Assembly: GCF_001194135.2 (NCBI RefSeq)
Contig: NC_069002.1
Span: forward strand, 37,120,646-37,184,645
Source: Octopus bimaculoides
Lineage: Eukaryota
Direction of reading: 5' to 3'
Length of the DNA: 64,000 bases
Shown: one piece after another, positions 54,701 to 64,000 of the stretch
How positions within the stretch are numbered: the stretch's first letter is position 1
Layout of the letters: each line of letters starts with the position of its first letter
Program-made: the position numbers and the translations under genes
The notes under the pieces: generated by a model
The model's input: only the letters and a program-made list of their open reading frames with translations
Told to the model about the DNA's origin: nothing
The model's database searches: none

Positions 54701-57700
54701 GATGCAGTCACATGTGGTTTGTCCAAATAGTAAGGTTTGCTTTGCTTATGTTCTGCAGCAGTACTAGAAACTACTTTTGTATCAACATGTGTAGTGACCA
54801 GCGAAGGGGCCGTGGATATTTCAGCTGCTTGAGGAACTGATTTCAGAGACATCTGTGTAGCAGGGAGGGGTTTGCTGCAGTGGGTATCACTCTGCTGGGA
54901 ACTTGTTTTACTGTACAGAGAAGGTGAAGTCATTGAATGTTTTACTTCTGATGCTGGGCTATTTGGTTTTAAAGTAACCTTAGTTGGGGATGCAGTTACA
55001 ACAGGTGGCTTGCCAACTGAAAAATCTGGTGTTGGCTTACACGAAGGTATCCTTTGGGGTAAGGCAGCCGTAGTAGGTGGAGCATGCGCTGATGAAACTG
55101 ATTTGGAAAATCCGGTGTGTGGTGTTGATATCGGATATGATGTACAACTAGCATGAGGTGGCTTCAGAGACAAATCGTGTGTATGTGAAGGGTCTATATC
55201 TCGAGTGCCACTTGATACTCCAGATACATTCCCTGTACTCATTGCTTTCTCACTTGGCATTCCGCTCGTAACTGGTTGCTTATCTTTTGGTGGTGTAGAC
55301 TGAGGTGGGGTTTTGATATTAGAAACCATGGGCAAAGGCTCAGTAGGCCGAACAGAACTTACTGGAGTTGGAGAAGGTTTTCCTGAAAGGGATTCAACAT
55401 TGCTGGTCTTGGTACTTAGAGTAGATAACGAGGCAGGACCTGATGGTTTAGCAGGTAATGATTGTGAAGAAGTATAGCTCATTATCTTGGGGGTGACTGG
55501 TGAGCTATGTCCAGGTTGCTTTGAAGATAAATCAACACCTGTTTTGCTTGGTGACACTGCCAGTGAAGAACCTTCAGAAGGTCTTTGAGGTATTGTAGAG
55601 TGATCAGGTAACTTAGCAGGTGAGAAAGTAGAAGTGACAGGACTGGCTAATTTTACAGGAGAGCCATGCATGGTGACATGAGATCTGACAGGAGATCCAA
55701 CTTGGCTTGCTTCAGTGAAATGTTTAGAAGGAGAGTAAGCCATAATAGAAGGAGTGTGTGATTTGAGTTCAGGTTTTACAGGAGATTTAGCAGGGAAACT
55801 GCCGACACTAGGCACTGCAGATGGCTTGGATGATGGTGAAGTCACATTAGTTGTTGTTTGTGGTGGTGGAGTTCTCTCCATAGCAATGGTAGTCTTGGCA
55901 CTTGGAGCTTGAATTACAGGGGTTTTTGCACTAACCATGCTGAGCGGCTGAGTTATAGAAGGTTTTGCAGTTTTATCAGAAACAGCTTTATCTGACGGTA
56001 AGGGATGAGGTTTCATTTCTCCAGTGTTAGGTGGTTTACTACAAGTCACAACAGATTCAGACTTTGATGGAGAGCTCTTCAATAGGGGTGATGAATCAGG
56101 TACGTCTTTGCTTATTTTTGCAGAAACAGTCTCTGAATTAGATTTAGTCAAAGATGACTGAACTGGCAGGTCTTCAGTTTTGGGAACACTGGCTAATATT
56201 GGAGAAGATTTTGGTGCACTTTCAATTACAATGGACTCTGATTTAGAAACTGTTTTTACTGGTTCTGAAGGTTTGGTAAGATTCACTGGAGATTTAGCAG
56301 CAATTTTGGAAGGGGATTCCCTTTGCTGCTGGTGTTCAGCAGACACTGGTGAATGAAGCCCAGCTACAGCAGGTGGCGCTTTTGATATGTGAACTTCAGT
56401 TTGGTGTTTCACTGGACTCTTTGACAGATCAATTACACCAGTCGATGGAGTGGTCATTTTAGCTGTGGCCATTACAGTTGGTGTACTTGTTACAGTAGCT
56501 TGTACTGCTGCTGGTTCAGCTTTCTTGGGCGAGCAAACTGCTGAAAGTGGTTGCTTTGTGGGAGTTTTCTTGGGCGATGGCGTCTGAGATATCTTTGTCG
56601 GACTCTCAACCACATCAACTTCCATATCAGTCTCAATTCTTTCTGTTGTTTTCGATTCAGTAAATGATGTTACAGCTGCTGGAATCTGTTTCTTTTCTTC
56701 GGCTTTCTTCTCAGATTCAGCCAACTTGGGCTTCTGATCAACAGTACTGCTTTTGCTAACCTCAACGGTAGCCCCTGCTATTTCCTCTGGAGCAACTTTA
56801 GTGGATTCCTTTTCTGGAGATGTTTCAGTAGCTCCTTTGCCAACACGCTTCTTTTTCAAAGCTGGTGAAATAGATTCTGGTGATTTTTCAATTTCAACAG
56901 CGCCCCTTTTGCGACATTTTGAATCAGAGGAGATGGACTGTTCTGATTCTTTGGTCGTGCCTTTAAGACCAGAGTCCTCACTGCTCTCCTTTGTTCCACT
57001 CTTTGCATCACTTACTCGGTCAACATCACTCACCGCTTTACTTTCACTTTCCTCAACCACATCACTACTTTCTTTCTTGCCTGTTTCTTTCTCTTCCTCT
57101 CCTGACTTGCTCGCATCTTCACCACTGACTTCCTTTGATTGTCCCCTGCTCCTTGCACGAGCAGCACGCCCCTTCGGCTCTTCAACAACAGAATCAACCT
57201 CCTCCTCCTCTTCTGCAGCTTTCTTCCCCTGGCCCCTACTTCTGGATCTCGCCGTTCTACCTTTCGCTACTTCTTCAGTCACTGCATCCTCGGATTTTCG
57301 ACCCACAGACCTCCGGCTCCTCGACTCAGGACGCGCTTCACTATCAGCGGAAGCTTGCTTTTTGTTTGGAGTTTTCCCTTTGTCCTGATCCTCTTCAGCA
57401 CTAGCCTCTTCCTCTTTAGTAACAGTTTCTTTGACAGACGGAGATTTTCCTTTACGTGTTGCAGCACTTTGTCCCTTCTTTTCAGCAGCAGCAGCTTGGC
57501 CCCGCCCTGCTTTACCCCGTGCTGGGGTCTCTTTCACTTCAGATTGAGACTTTGACCGGCTTCGGCCTTTTGTAGCGGGAGTAGTGGTCTCTTCCTCAGA
57601 TGATGACTCTTCTTCCTCTTCAGCTTCTTTACTTTGCCGACTCTTTCCTTTAGCAGCACTTTTGGCAGAGGACTGCCGTCCTATCGTCCGACCACCACTG

Positions 57701-59100
57701 GCTGGGGTCTTCTTGGAATCACCTAAAAATTATGAAAAAATACACATTTTATTTATATCCACACAAAATCCAAATCTGTTCACAATAAACCCTACCTATA
57801 GTGGCACCAAGACTGGGTGATGCTATTAACAGTAAAGGATCCTGGTAGGTGCAGACTCCAGTTATTAAAGCTCGAATGAAATAATTAAATGAGACTTAAT
57901 AAGGCTCAACTTTCAAAGACCCTCATCAGTTTCAGCTACTCCAAAAGAGAACCATTCTTCAGATCATTAATGCCTTCCTCTTTATTGCTAATCATAGTGT
58001 ACAGTTACCATTTATGGTAAATTGCCACACCAGATTATTGAACCAACTGGAATACTTTATTCACAACTGGCAAAGGGCCAGTTTCACGGTTTAGTATTCA
58101 GATTACTCTGCCAAGTGTAATGCTTATCGACTCACATTGCTTTGAATTAATCAGGCATTGTCTCATAGCTTTGACATTTTGGTGATATGATAGTTTATTT
58201 TTAGAATGACATTGTAGGGTAGGTGGGAGAGGCTGGATCTGGCTGGTTTGAACATAAAACGAGTAGAATATTTGAGCCAGACACGGCCAGTTCAAATGCT
58301 AAAAGGTTAACGTGTAAGTGAAATAGAACAGTTGAAAACTGAAACCAGGTCACGAGGATTAAATCTAAGCTCTATATCTCTTGCCCTAGCTTAAAATGCA
58401 AGATTAAAAATTAATTCACTCCAATCTACCAAGTAAGAATAGGGACCACCATTATAACCACACTTACCTGATGGCAATAACTTAAATTAGCAAATGTGAA
58501 AGTCTGCTAGAAATTACCCCCTACTGTCTTTATAAAGCAACAAATGTAGTCTTAGAAGACAATGTCAGAGGAAAAGACAGTAAGGTCTCATAGATCTGGG
58601 GATCAAAGCTAAACCTGTTGTACATATTGCTTTTTACAATATTAGAGCTACTCATTATTTTACTTACAGCACTATTACTGTATTTTCTGACCCAAATTAA
58701 CAAGAAGAAAAAAGGAGATCAACTTTAGGCACCGAATTGACTTTGGAGGACCAAACATTCCATGTGAAATGCAGTGGGATTTGGAAAGACAGGAACAATA
58801 TTTGAAGGATTACACTAGATACTACACTGATTTGTAATGCTGGAAAATTATGGTCAGTCAATTCTAAATGTCCACTGACATAAATATAGTCTGCTGAGAA
58901 GTTAGTGACAACACAGTAACCAATAGTAGAACACAATACCTGATTGTTTACTGGCAGGAGTCCGAGGTGAACGCTGACTTGCTTTGGGAGTTTCTTCTTT
59001 CACCTTACTTTTTGCTCCTTTTGCTGCTGCCCTACAAATGAGAACCATAAAGTTTTCAACATAGTTTAGCAATTAAATAGCAAGAAAGCAAAACCTATTG

Positions 59101-59138
<38 letters not shown>

Positions 59139-59958
59139 CGTGTGTAAATGGAAAGAAAACAGAACTTCAATATTCAAGTTTTGTATAAAACAATGAACAA
59201 TCCTTTTGTATGGTAAATTAGATTCTAAAATAACTAAAGTAATAATAAAACAAGTGAATAGTTTACCAAAGTTAAACTCTTTTGATGCCAATCTGTCTAA
59301 GACTACTTTTAGTTCTAATATGAACTTAAAATGTTCGTATTTAAATTAAAGCTTCTATCATAAACTTCATGTGAAAAATATTTTGCAGTTTTAAACACTT
59401 GCTCAATAACAAGAAACTTATTTTACTAAATCTTTACAAAAATGTATCTTAACAGAAATATAGTCACCAGAAGGTGAAAGATATCAACACACTATTCCAA
59501 AATTTGGTATAGAGTAACAAAGCTTTTGTCCACCTATCTGATTATTTGCTAATTATACCAATTATATTTGTTGAAAGAGTTCCGAGCCATAAACTAACTT
59601 GGTCAAACCATAGAAATATGTAGAAAAAATGCTGAAATAATTACAGCCACATAATTATTACTTAGTACCATTAAGTAGCCAAGACAAACTGAACTCTCTA
59701 TTTACACAAGATACGCAAAGATTACTTCTATAACTCTGTAGATAAGAGAAAATGGAGGTATACAACAATAAAATCAACTTACTTTCCTTTAGGCGAAGGG
59801 CTGGCAGCACGTGTCTTGGGAGTGGGCTGCTTAGCTGTAGTGGAGGAACTTTGACTGCGAGACACTCGAATAATGGGACTTGGAGAAGCAGAAGCTTTTA
59901 CAGCCGCCCGAGGGCTACGCCGTGGGGCTGGACTAGATTCTTCACCTCTGCGTGGCAT
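41467..59958 (-). CDS. ~2107-aa protein: ~1770-aa low-complexity/disordered N-terminus plus C-terminal EEP domain of the CCR4/PDE12/Angel/Nocturnin family
   Basis: complement(join(41467..41667,43745..43825,45011..45196,46055..46234,47577..47709,52448..57722,58940..59031,59783..59958)) = 6324 nt, phases consistent, all GT-AG. EEP motifs: [78 protein letters not shown]. Subfamily cannot be assigned by eye, so no symbol is given. Confidence 0.9.
42630..43301 (+). mobile_element. 3' part of a decayed piggyBac element (PGBD2/3-like transposase C-terminus and right end)
   Basis: NMGCVDLLD then, frameshifted, [41 protein letters not shown]; 19-bp subterminal direct repeat TGTGCCAAATTTGGACCAT at 43142 and 43187; terminal CTAGAGGG-TTAA at 43290-43301. 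Confidence 0.75.
43745..43825 (-). CDS. EEP gene coding exon 7
   Basis: ttacag|[27 protein letters not shown]|gtaaga. Confidence 0.9.
45011..45196 (-). CDS. EEP gene coding exon 6 (GDFN motif)
   Basis: ttttag|[40 protein letters not shown]...PDGS|gtaggt. Confidence 0.93.
46055..46234 (-). CDS. EEP gene coding exon 5
   Basis: gtatag|[10 protein letters not shown]...[40 protein letters not shown]|gtaagt. Confidence 0.92.
47577..47709 (-). CDS. EEP gene coding exon 4
   Basis: tttcag|[44 protein letters not shown]|gtaaat. Confidence 0.92.
48110..48680 (-). mobile_element. piggyBac transposase relic (PGBD4-like DDD core)
   Basis: Frameshifted [31 protein letters not shown]; ORF 48137-48505 has [48 protein letters not shown]. 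Confidence 0.85.
50015..50400 (+). mobile_element. tRNA-derived SINE, second family, near full length
   Basis: A-box-like TGGCTGTGTGG, B-box-like GGTTCATTCCC, GGCAAGTGTCTTCTACTATAG-like body, (TA)n middle. Related copies near 4425, 17010(-), 17288, 23095, 27590, 27860, 30540, 35500(-), 35830(-), 44100(-) and 61850(-). Confidence 0.8.
50434..50997. repeat. Partial tandem repeat A-B-A' containing the hammerhead candidate
   Basis: 128-bp blocks 50434-50561 and 50870-50997 differ at 8 positions by my count. Confidence 0.85.
50650..50692 (-). ncRNA. Minimal type I hammerhead ribozyme candidate
   Basis: Minus strand reads UUCAGG-CUGAUGA-C GAG CAAAGA CUC A-GAAAC AU GUC-CCUGAA: perfect 6-bp stem I, both core motifs, short stem II with a C.A closing mismatch, palindromic ACAUGU stem III, GUC cleavage triplet. 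Folded by eye. Confidence 0.72.
51008..51213 (+). mobile_element. (GAT)n-tailed SINE-like repeat, third family
   Basis: AGGAAGGGCATCCAGCTGTAGAAAC...CCAACCCATGCTAGCATGGAAA...GATGATGAT; reversed copies at 3885-4000 and 49363-49491, older copies near 6120, 8640 and 13825. Confidence 0.8.
52448..57722 (-). CDS. EEP gene giant coding exon 3 (5275 nt): disordered region plus start of EEP domain
   Basis: tttttag acceptor at 57723-57724; stop-free frame continuous with the 1697-aa ORF in the track; ends ..[26 protein letters not shown]|gtaagt. Confidence 0.93.
58090..58310 (-). mobile_element. Reversed copy of the piggyBac-type MITE family
   Basis: Shares TTTTAGAATGACATTGTAGGGTAGGTG..GAGAGGC and ends ATGCTAAAAGGTTAA. 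Confidence 0.7.
58940..59031 (-). CDS. EEP gene coding exon 2
   Basis: tttgtag|[31 protein letters not shown]|gtattg; phase 2 to 1. Confidence 0.82.
59783..59958 (-). CDS. EEP gene first coding exon ([17 protein letters not shown]...SPSPKG)
   Basis: Acceptor ttttccag at 59982-59983, ATG at 59958, donor GTAAGT at 59782; ends in phase 2, matching the next exon. The acceptor implies a further upstream non-coding exon that was not located. Confidence 0.8.
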
Positions 59959-60736
59959 ATTGCAATTCTAATATCATAAACCTGGAAAAAAATTTTTATA
60001 TAAGTTTTTGGGAGGGGTTTTTTTTTTTCAGTTTAACAAAATTGAATCTATATTTATGAGCTACATTAAAATTAGATAACTTAGAATAAAAACAGAAAAT
60101 TCATGAGACTTTAATCCAAAAAGATAGTAGCTTCTATCTCCAAGAATGAATTCAGGAAAACAGTGCATACTATTTTGCCATGCATGTAGGAGGTGAAAGT
60201 ACCCTGCATAATAGACAGGTACCTGCCAAAAACATTTAAGTTTTCTTTCTGACAGTTTTCAGTGTACTTATAAACAAGTATTACATACAACACGATCATT
60301 ATGAATACTAACTAGGTTTTGGGTTTTTTCTTTATCGTGAACAGTTAAACGAGAAAGCAGTAAGCATGCAGCAAGAAAATAAAGATCATAAACAGAGAAT
60401 TTGTGTATTACAAGTCCAACCCTATGCACAGCCTTTTATGCTAATTCAAATGAATGATTTTCTGAAAAATACAACAAATCTTCCAAAGACAGAATGCAAA
60501 ATTCACATAAGATAATCACAACAAACAACATTATTAGCACATCTTTCAACTTGATTCCATTTAATAACCATACAGCCATCCAAATGCTTCCTCTATGACA
60601 ATTAAATACCCATCCAAACTTCATTAACAAAATATTACCACTGAGCACTCCACTGCAAACTTATCTCCTTCTCAACTAGTCCTACACACACCAACACACT
60701 GTGAGGTAGCCATGCATCTCTTCTACAGCAAGACAC

Positions 60737-60769
<33 letters not shown>

Positions 60770-60984
60770 GCATATATATATATATACACACACACACATA
60801 CAATAACTTCATATTTTCCCCCCCTCTTCTCACTCCGTTTCATCATTTCTCTCACATCCTTCATCCTTTCCTGTCCCTCTTCTCTTCCCATCCTCTCCTC
60901 CCTCTCTCTCTCCCCCTCCTCTCCTTCACTATCTTTTTCTACCCCCTCCTCTCCCCCACTGTCTCTCTTTCTCTCTCTCCGTCT

Positions 60985-61847
60985 CTGTAACACCCAAGGG
61001 AGAGGAAAGTCCTCATGAGATGATGGACAAAGGTTGCAAATCGACTCAACCAACATCCCAAAAGTAGCAAAAGGTCCCGCCTAAAACCAACACTGATGGA
61101 GATTGAAAGAAGGCTGCAACAATCCTATGTGAGGGAGAGAGCAGACAAAGGAGCCAGGTTTATAAAAAACATTAAGTCAAACCCAAAGGCATTCTTTCAT
61201 TACGCCAGAGAAACAGCCTCAGTACGCTGCAAGACAGGACCCTTCCAACTAGGATCAGTGAGGTACTGAATGACCAGTTCAAAAGTGTCTTTACCACCCA
61301 GTTGGAACACAGAGAAGCGAACGAACCAGTGGACTTCTTTGCCGCCTCACCTATAACCAGTGAGGCAGTTACAATGGAATACATTGACATTAGCGAAGAA
61401 AATATACTACTAGCTGTAGATGAAGTGGACACAAACTCAACTGCTGGTCCTGATGGTTTCCCAGCAATCCTCCTAAAATTGTGTAAGCATGCCCAGGCAA
61501 AACCCCTCCAGATTCTCTTCCAGAGCTTTCTTGCAAATGGCAGACTGCCAAGCAAGCTGAAGGGGGGAATAATATGCCCAATCCATAAAGGGGGAAGCAG
61601 AGCAGATGCCAAAAACTATAGGACTATCTCTCTGACTTCACACATCAGCAAAGTCATGGAACGGATAGTCAGAGGGAAACTAATCGCATTCCTTGAAGAA
61701 AATAACTTGCTGAGTGATACCCAACATGGCTTTCGACCAGGTAGGAGCTGCCTGGCCCAGCTCTTACAACATTATGACTGGGTGTTGAGGCAGTTACTCA
61801 ACAACTCAAATGTGGACGTAATATACCTTGATTTTGCAAAAGCTTTT
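60985..61847 (+). mobile_element. CR1/L2-like LINE fragment, N-terminal half of reverse transcriptase
   Basis: IKSNPKAFFHYA; AGPDGFPAILLK, ICPIHKGGSRADAKNYRTISLTSHISKVMERIV, QHGFRPGRSCLAQLL, VDVIYLDFAKAF, then abrupt truncation. Confidence 0.9.
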
Positions 61848-62287
61848 TTATTGGGTTTTTATTTTTGCTGAACCGCTAAGTTACAGAGATGCAGACACAC
61901 CAGCATCTGTTGTCAAGTGATGGTGGGGGATCAAACAGACACACAAATATATACACACACAGACACACATACATACAACAAACTTCTCTCTTTTTCCATC
62001 TACCAAATCCACTCACAAGGCTTTGGTCGGCCTGAGGCTATAGAAAAAGACTCTTGCCCAAGTATATATATATATATATGCATGCGCACGCGTACCTATA
62101 CATATGCACATGTGCCTATTTGTATGCACGCGCATACCTGTCTATACGTATAAGTAACACTAATAATAAATCAAGGCATAAAAGTAAACAAGCTTTTGAC
62201 GGCTTTACAGATATTTCAAAATTATGATACTTTTATGCTAGGTGGTTCAATTAGTTTGTCCAACCCTTGTATATACATACATATACA

Positions 62288-62325
<38 letters not shown>

Positions 62326-62949
62326 NNNNNNNNNNNNNNNNNNNNNNNNNNNNNNNNNNNNNNNNNNNNNNNNNNNNNNNNNNNNNNNNNNNNNNNNNNN
62401 NNNNNNNNNNNNNNNNNNNNNNNNNNNNNNNNNNNNNNNNNNNNNNNNNNNNNNNNNNNNNNNNNNNNNNNNNNNNNNNNNNNNNNNNNNNNNNNNNNNN
62501 NNNNNNNNNNNNNNNNNNNNNNNNNNNNNNNNNNNNNNNNNNNNNNNNNNNNNNNNNNNNNNNNNNNNNNNNNNNNNNNNNNNNNNNNNNNNNNNNNNNN
62601 NNNNNNNNNNNNNNNNNNNNNNNNNNNNNNNNNNNNNNNNNNNNNNNNNNNNNNNNNNNNNNNNNNNNNNNNNNNNNNNNNNNNNNNNNNNNNNNNNNNN
62701 NNNNNNNNNNNNNNNNNNNNNNNNNNNNNNNNNNNNNNNNNNNNNNNNNNNNNNNNNNNNNNNNNNNNNNNNNNNNNNNNNNNNNNNNNNNNNNNNNNNN
62801 NNNNNAATAATAAATCAAGGCATAAAAGTAAACAAGCTTTTGACGGCTTTACAGATATTTCAAAATTATGATACTTTTATGCTAGGTGGTTCAATTAGTT
62901 TGTCCAACCCTTGTATATACATACATATACATGTGCATATATATATAAG

Positions 62950-63660
62950 TTGGTTCATCTGGGACACCTGACAGGAAGAGGTCCAGCCTCGTCTTGAAGA
63001 CACCTATATCCACCGCATGCAGGTCTCTCAGATCCTTCGGGAGGATATTGAAGAGCTGTGGGCCTTTGAAGCCCAGGCTATTGCAGTATCTTGTCCTACA
63101 TCTTGATGGCAAATTTGGAGTCCTTGGCACTATGCAATGGCGTCCAGTTCTTTTACTTGTGTAACTTTCGATGCCAAAGTTTGGGACAATTCCTTCGAGG
63201 ATCTTCCAGATGTATATTATGGCCTATCTTTCTCGTCTACACTCTAAGGAATAGAGTCTTAATCTCTTGAGTCTTCCCCAGTAGCTTATATGCTGCTTAG
63301 AGGCTGTCTTTTTCGTGTAGTTTCGTTGGATTGACTGAAGTTCTGAGATTAATTTGACACTGGTTGGTGACCATAACTGAGAGAAATAGTCAAATTGGCT
63401 TAGAACAAGTGTCCACCAGAGCACCATCATGGTTTCCTGATCTCTAGTTCTAAAAGTCCTAAGAATCCATCTGGTCAGCCGGCTGCATTTCATTGCCAAT
63501 TTAGCAACATGCACATGGAAGGAAGCATCATTACTCATGTAAATGCCCAGGTCTCGCACTCACTGTGCCTCTGGAATTGCAATCCCACTCGGTCCAGTGT
63601 ATTTAATTGGTATTGCATGCTGATAGCACAAGGCTTCAAACTTTTCAGCATTAAACTGTA
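62950..63660 (-). mobile_element. CR1/L2-like LINE fragment, C-terminal part of ORF2, in opposite orientation
   Basis: [96 protein letters not shown], with stops and frameshifts. Confidence 0.88.
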
Positions 63661-63689
63661 TATTTATATATAAGTATAGATATATATAT

Positions 63690-64000
63690 ACATATATATG
63701 CACATAAATATGTATATATGAATGTATATATATGTATGTATATATATGTATATCTATGTATATATATATGTATATCTATGTATATATATATATGTATATC
63801 TATGTATATATATATATGTATATCTATGTATATATATATATATATCTATGTATATATATATATATCTATGTATATATATATATCTATGTATATATATATA
63901 TCTATGTATATATATATATATCTATGTATATATATGTATATCTATGTATATATATATATATCTATGTATATATATATATATCTATGTATATATATATATA
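63690..64000. repeat. Compound (TA)n / TATCTATG satellite running off the window
   Basis: Repeated TATCTATG followed by variable (TA)n. Confidence 0.92.

Noticed and set aside
56753-57555. Plus-strand ORFs of 89-211 aa overlapping the giant exon
   Set aside because: Antisense shadows of a low-complexity coding frame.
57880-57935. CTGATGA...GAAA on the minus strand
   Set aside because: No credible stem II, and stem I arms do not pair.
62162-62946. ~140-bp direct repeat flanking the N-gap at 62326-62806
   Set aside because: The copies look identical and abut the gap; most likely an assembly overlap.

Overview
AT-rich, repeat-dense animal genomic DNA with several N-gaps. The SINE and microsatellite content suggests an octopus (coleoid cephalopod); this is an inference, not a lookup. 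Two spliced protein-coding genes face each other tail-to-tail. (1) KAT7/HBO1/MYST2 on +: 13 coding exons, 11363..30180, 535 aa, with a CCHHC zinc finger and MYST HAT domain; all GT-AG phases were checked by hand. (2) On -: an 8-coding-exon gene, 59958..41467, about 2107 aa. About 1770 aa of basic, S/T/P/K-rich, probably disordered sequence (mostly one 5275-nt exon) is fused to a C-terminal CCR4/PDE12/Angel/Nocturnin-type EEP domain with intact catalytic motifs; no LRR is recognisable. The rest is tRNA-type SINEs, piggyBac relics and MITEs, a Tc1/mariner relic, a Helentron-type element, CR1-like LINE pieces and microsatellites. Most interesting: the EEP/disordered-region fusion and its motif arrays; a type I hammerhead ribozyme candidate in an ~343-bp partial tandem unit (retrozyme/Penelope-like), sense to the EEP-gene intron; a second hammerhead candidate next to a 36-bp perfect hairpin in KAT7 intron 3; three SINEs stacked between four copies of one 16-bp target motif; and a candidate 10-nt microexon of an off-window gene. 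All calls were made by eye, with no searches or folding run.
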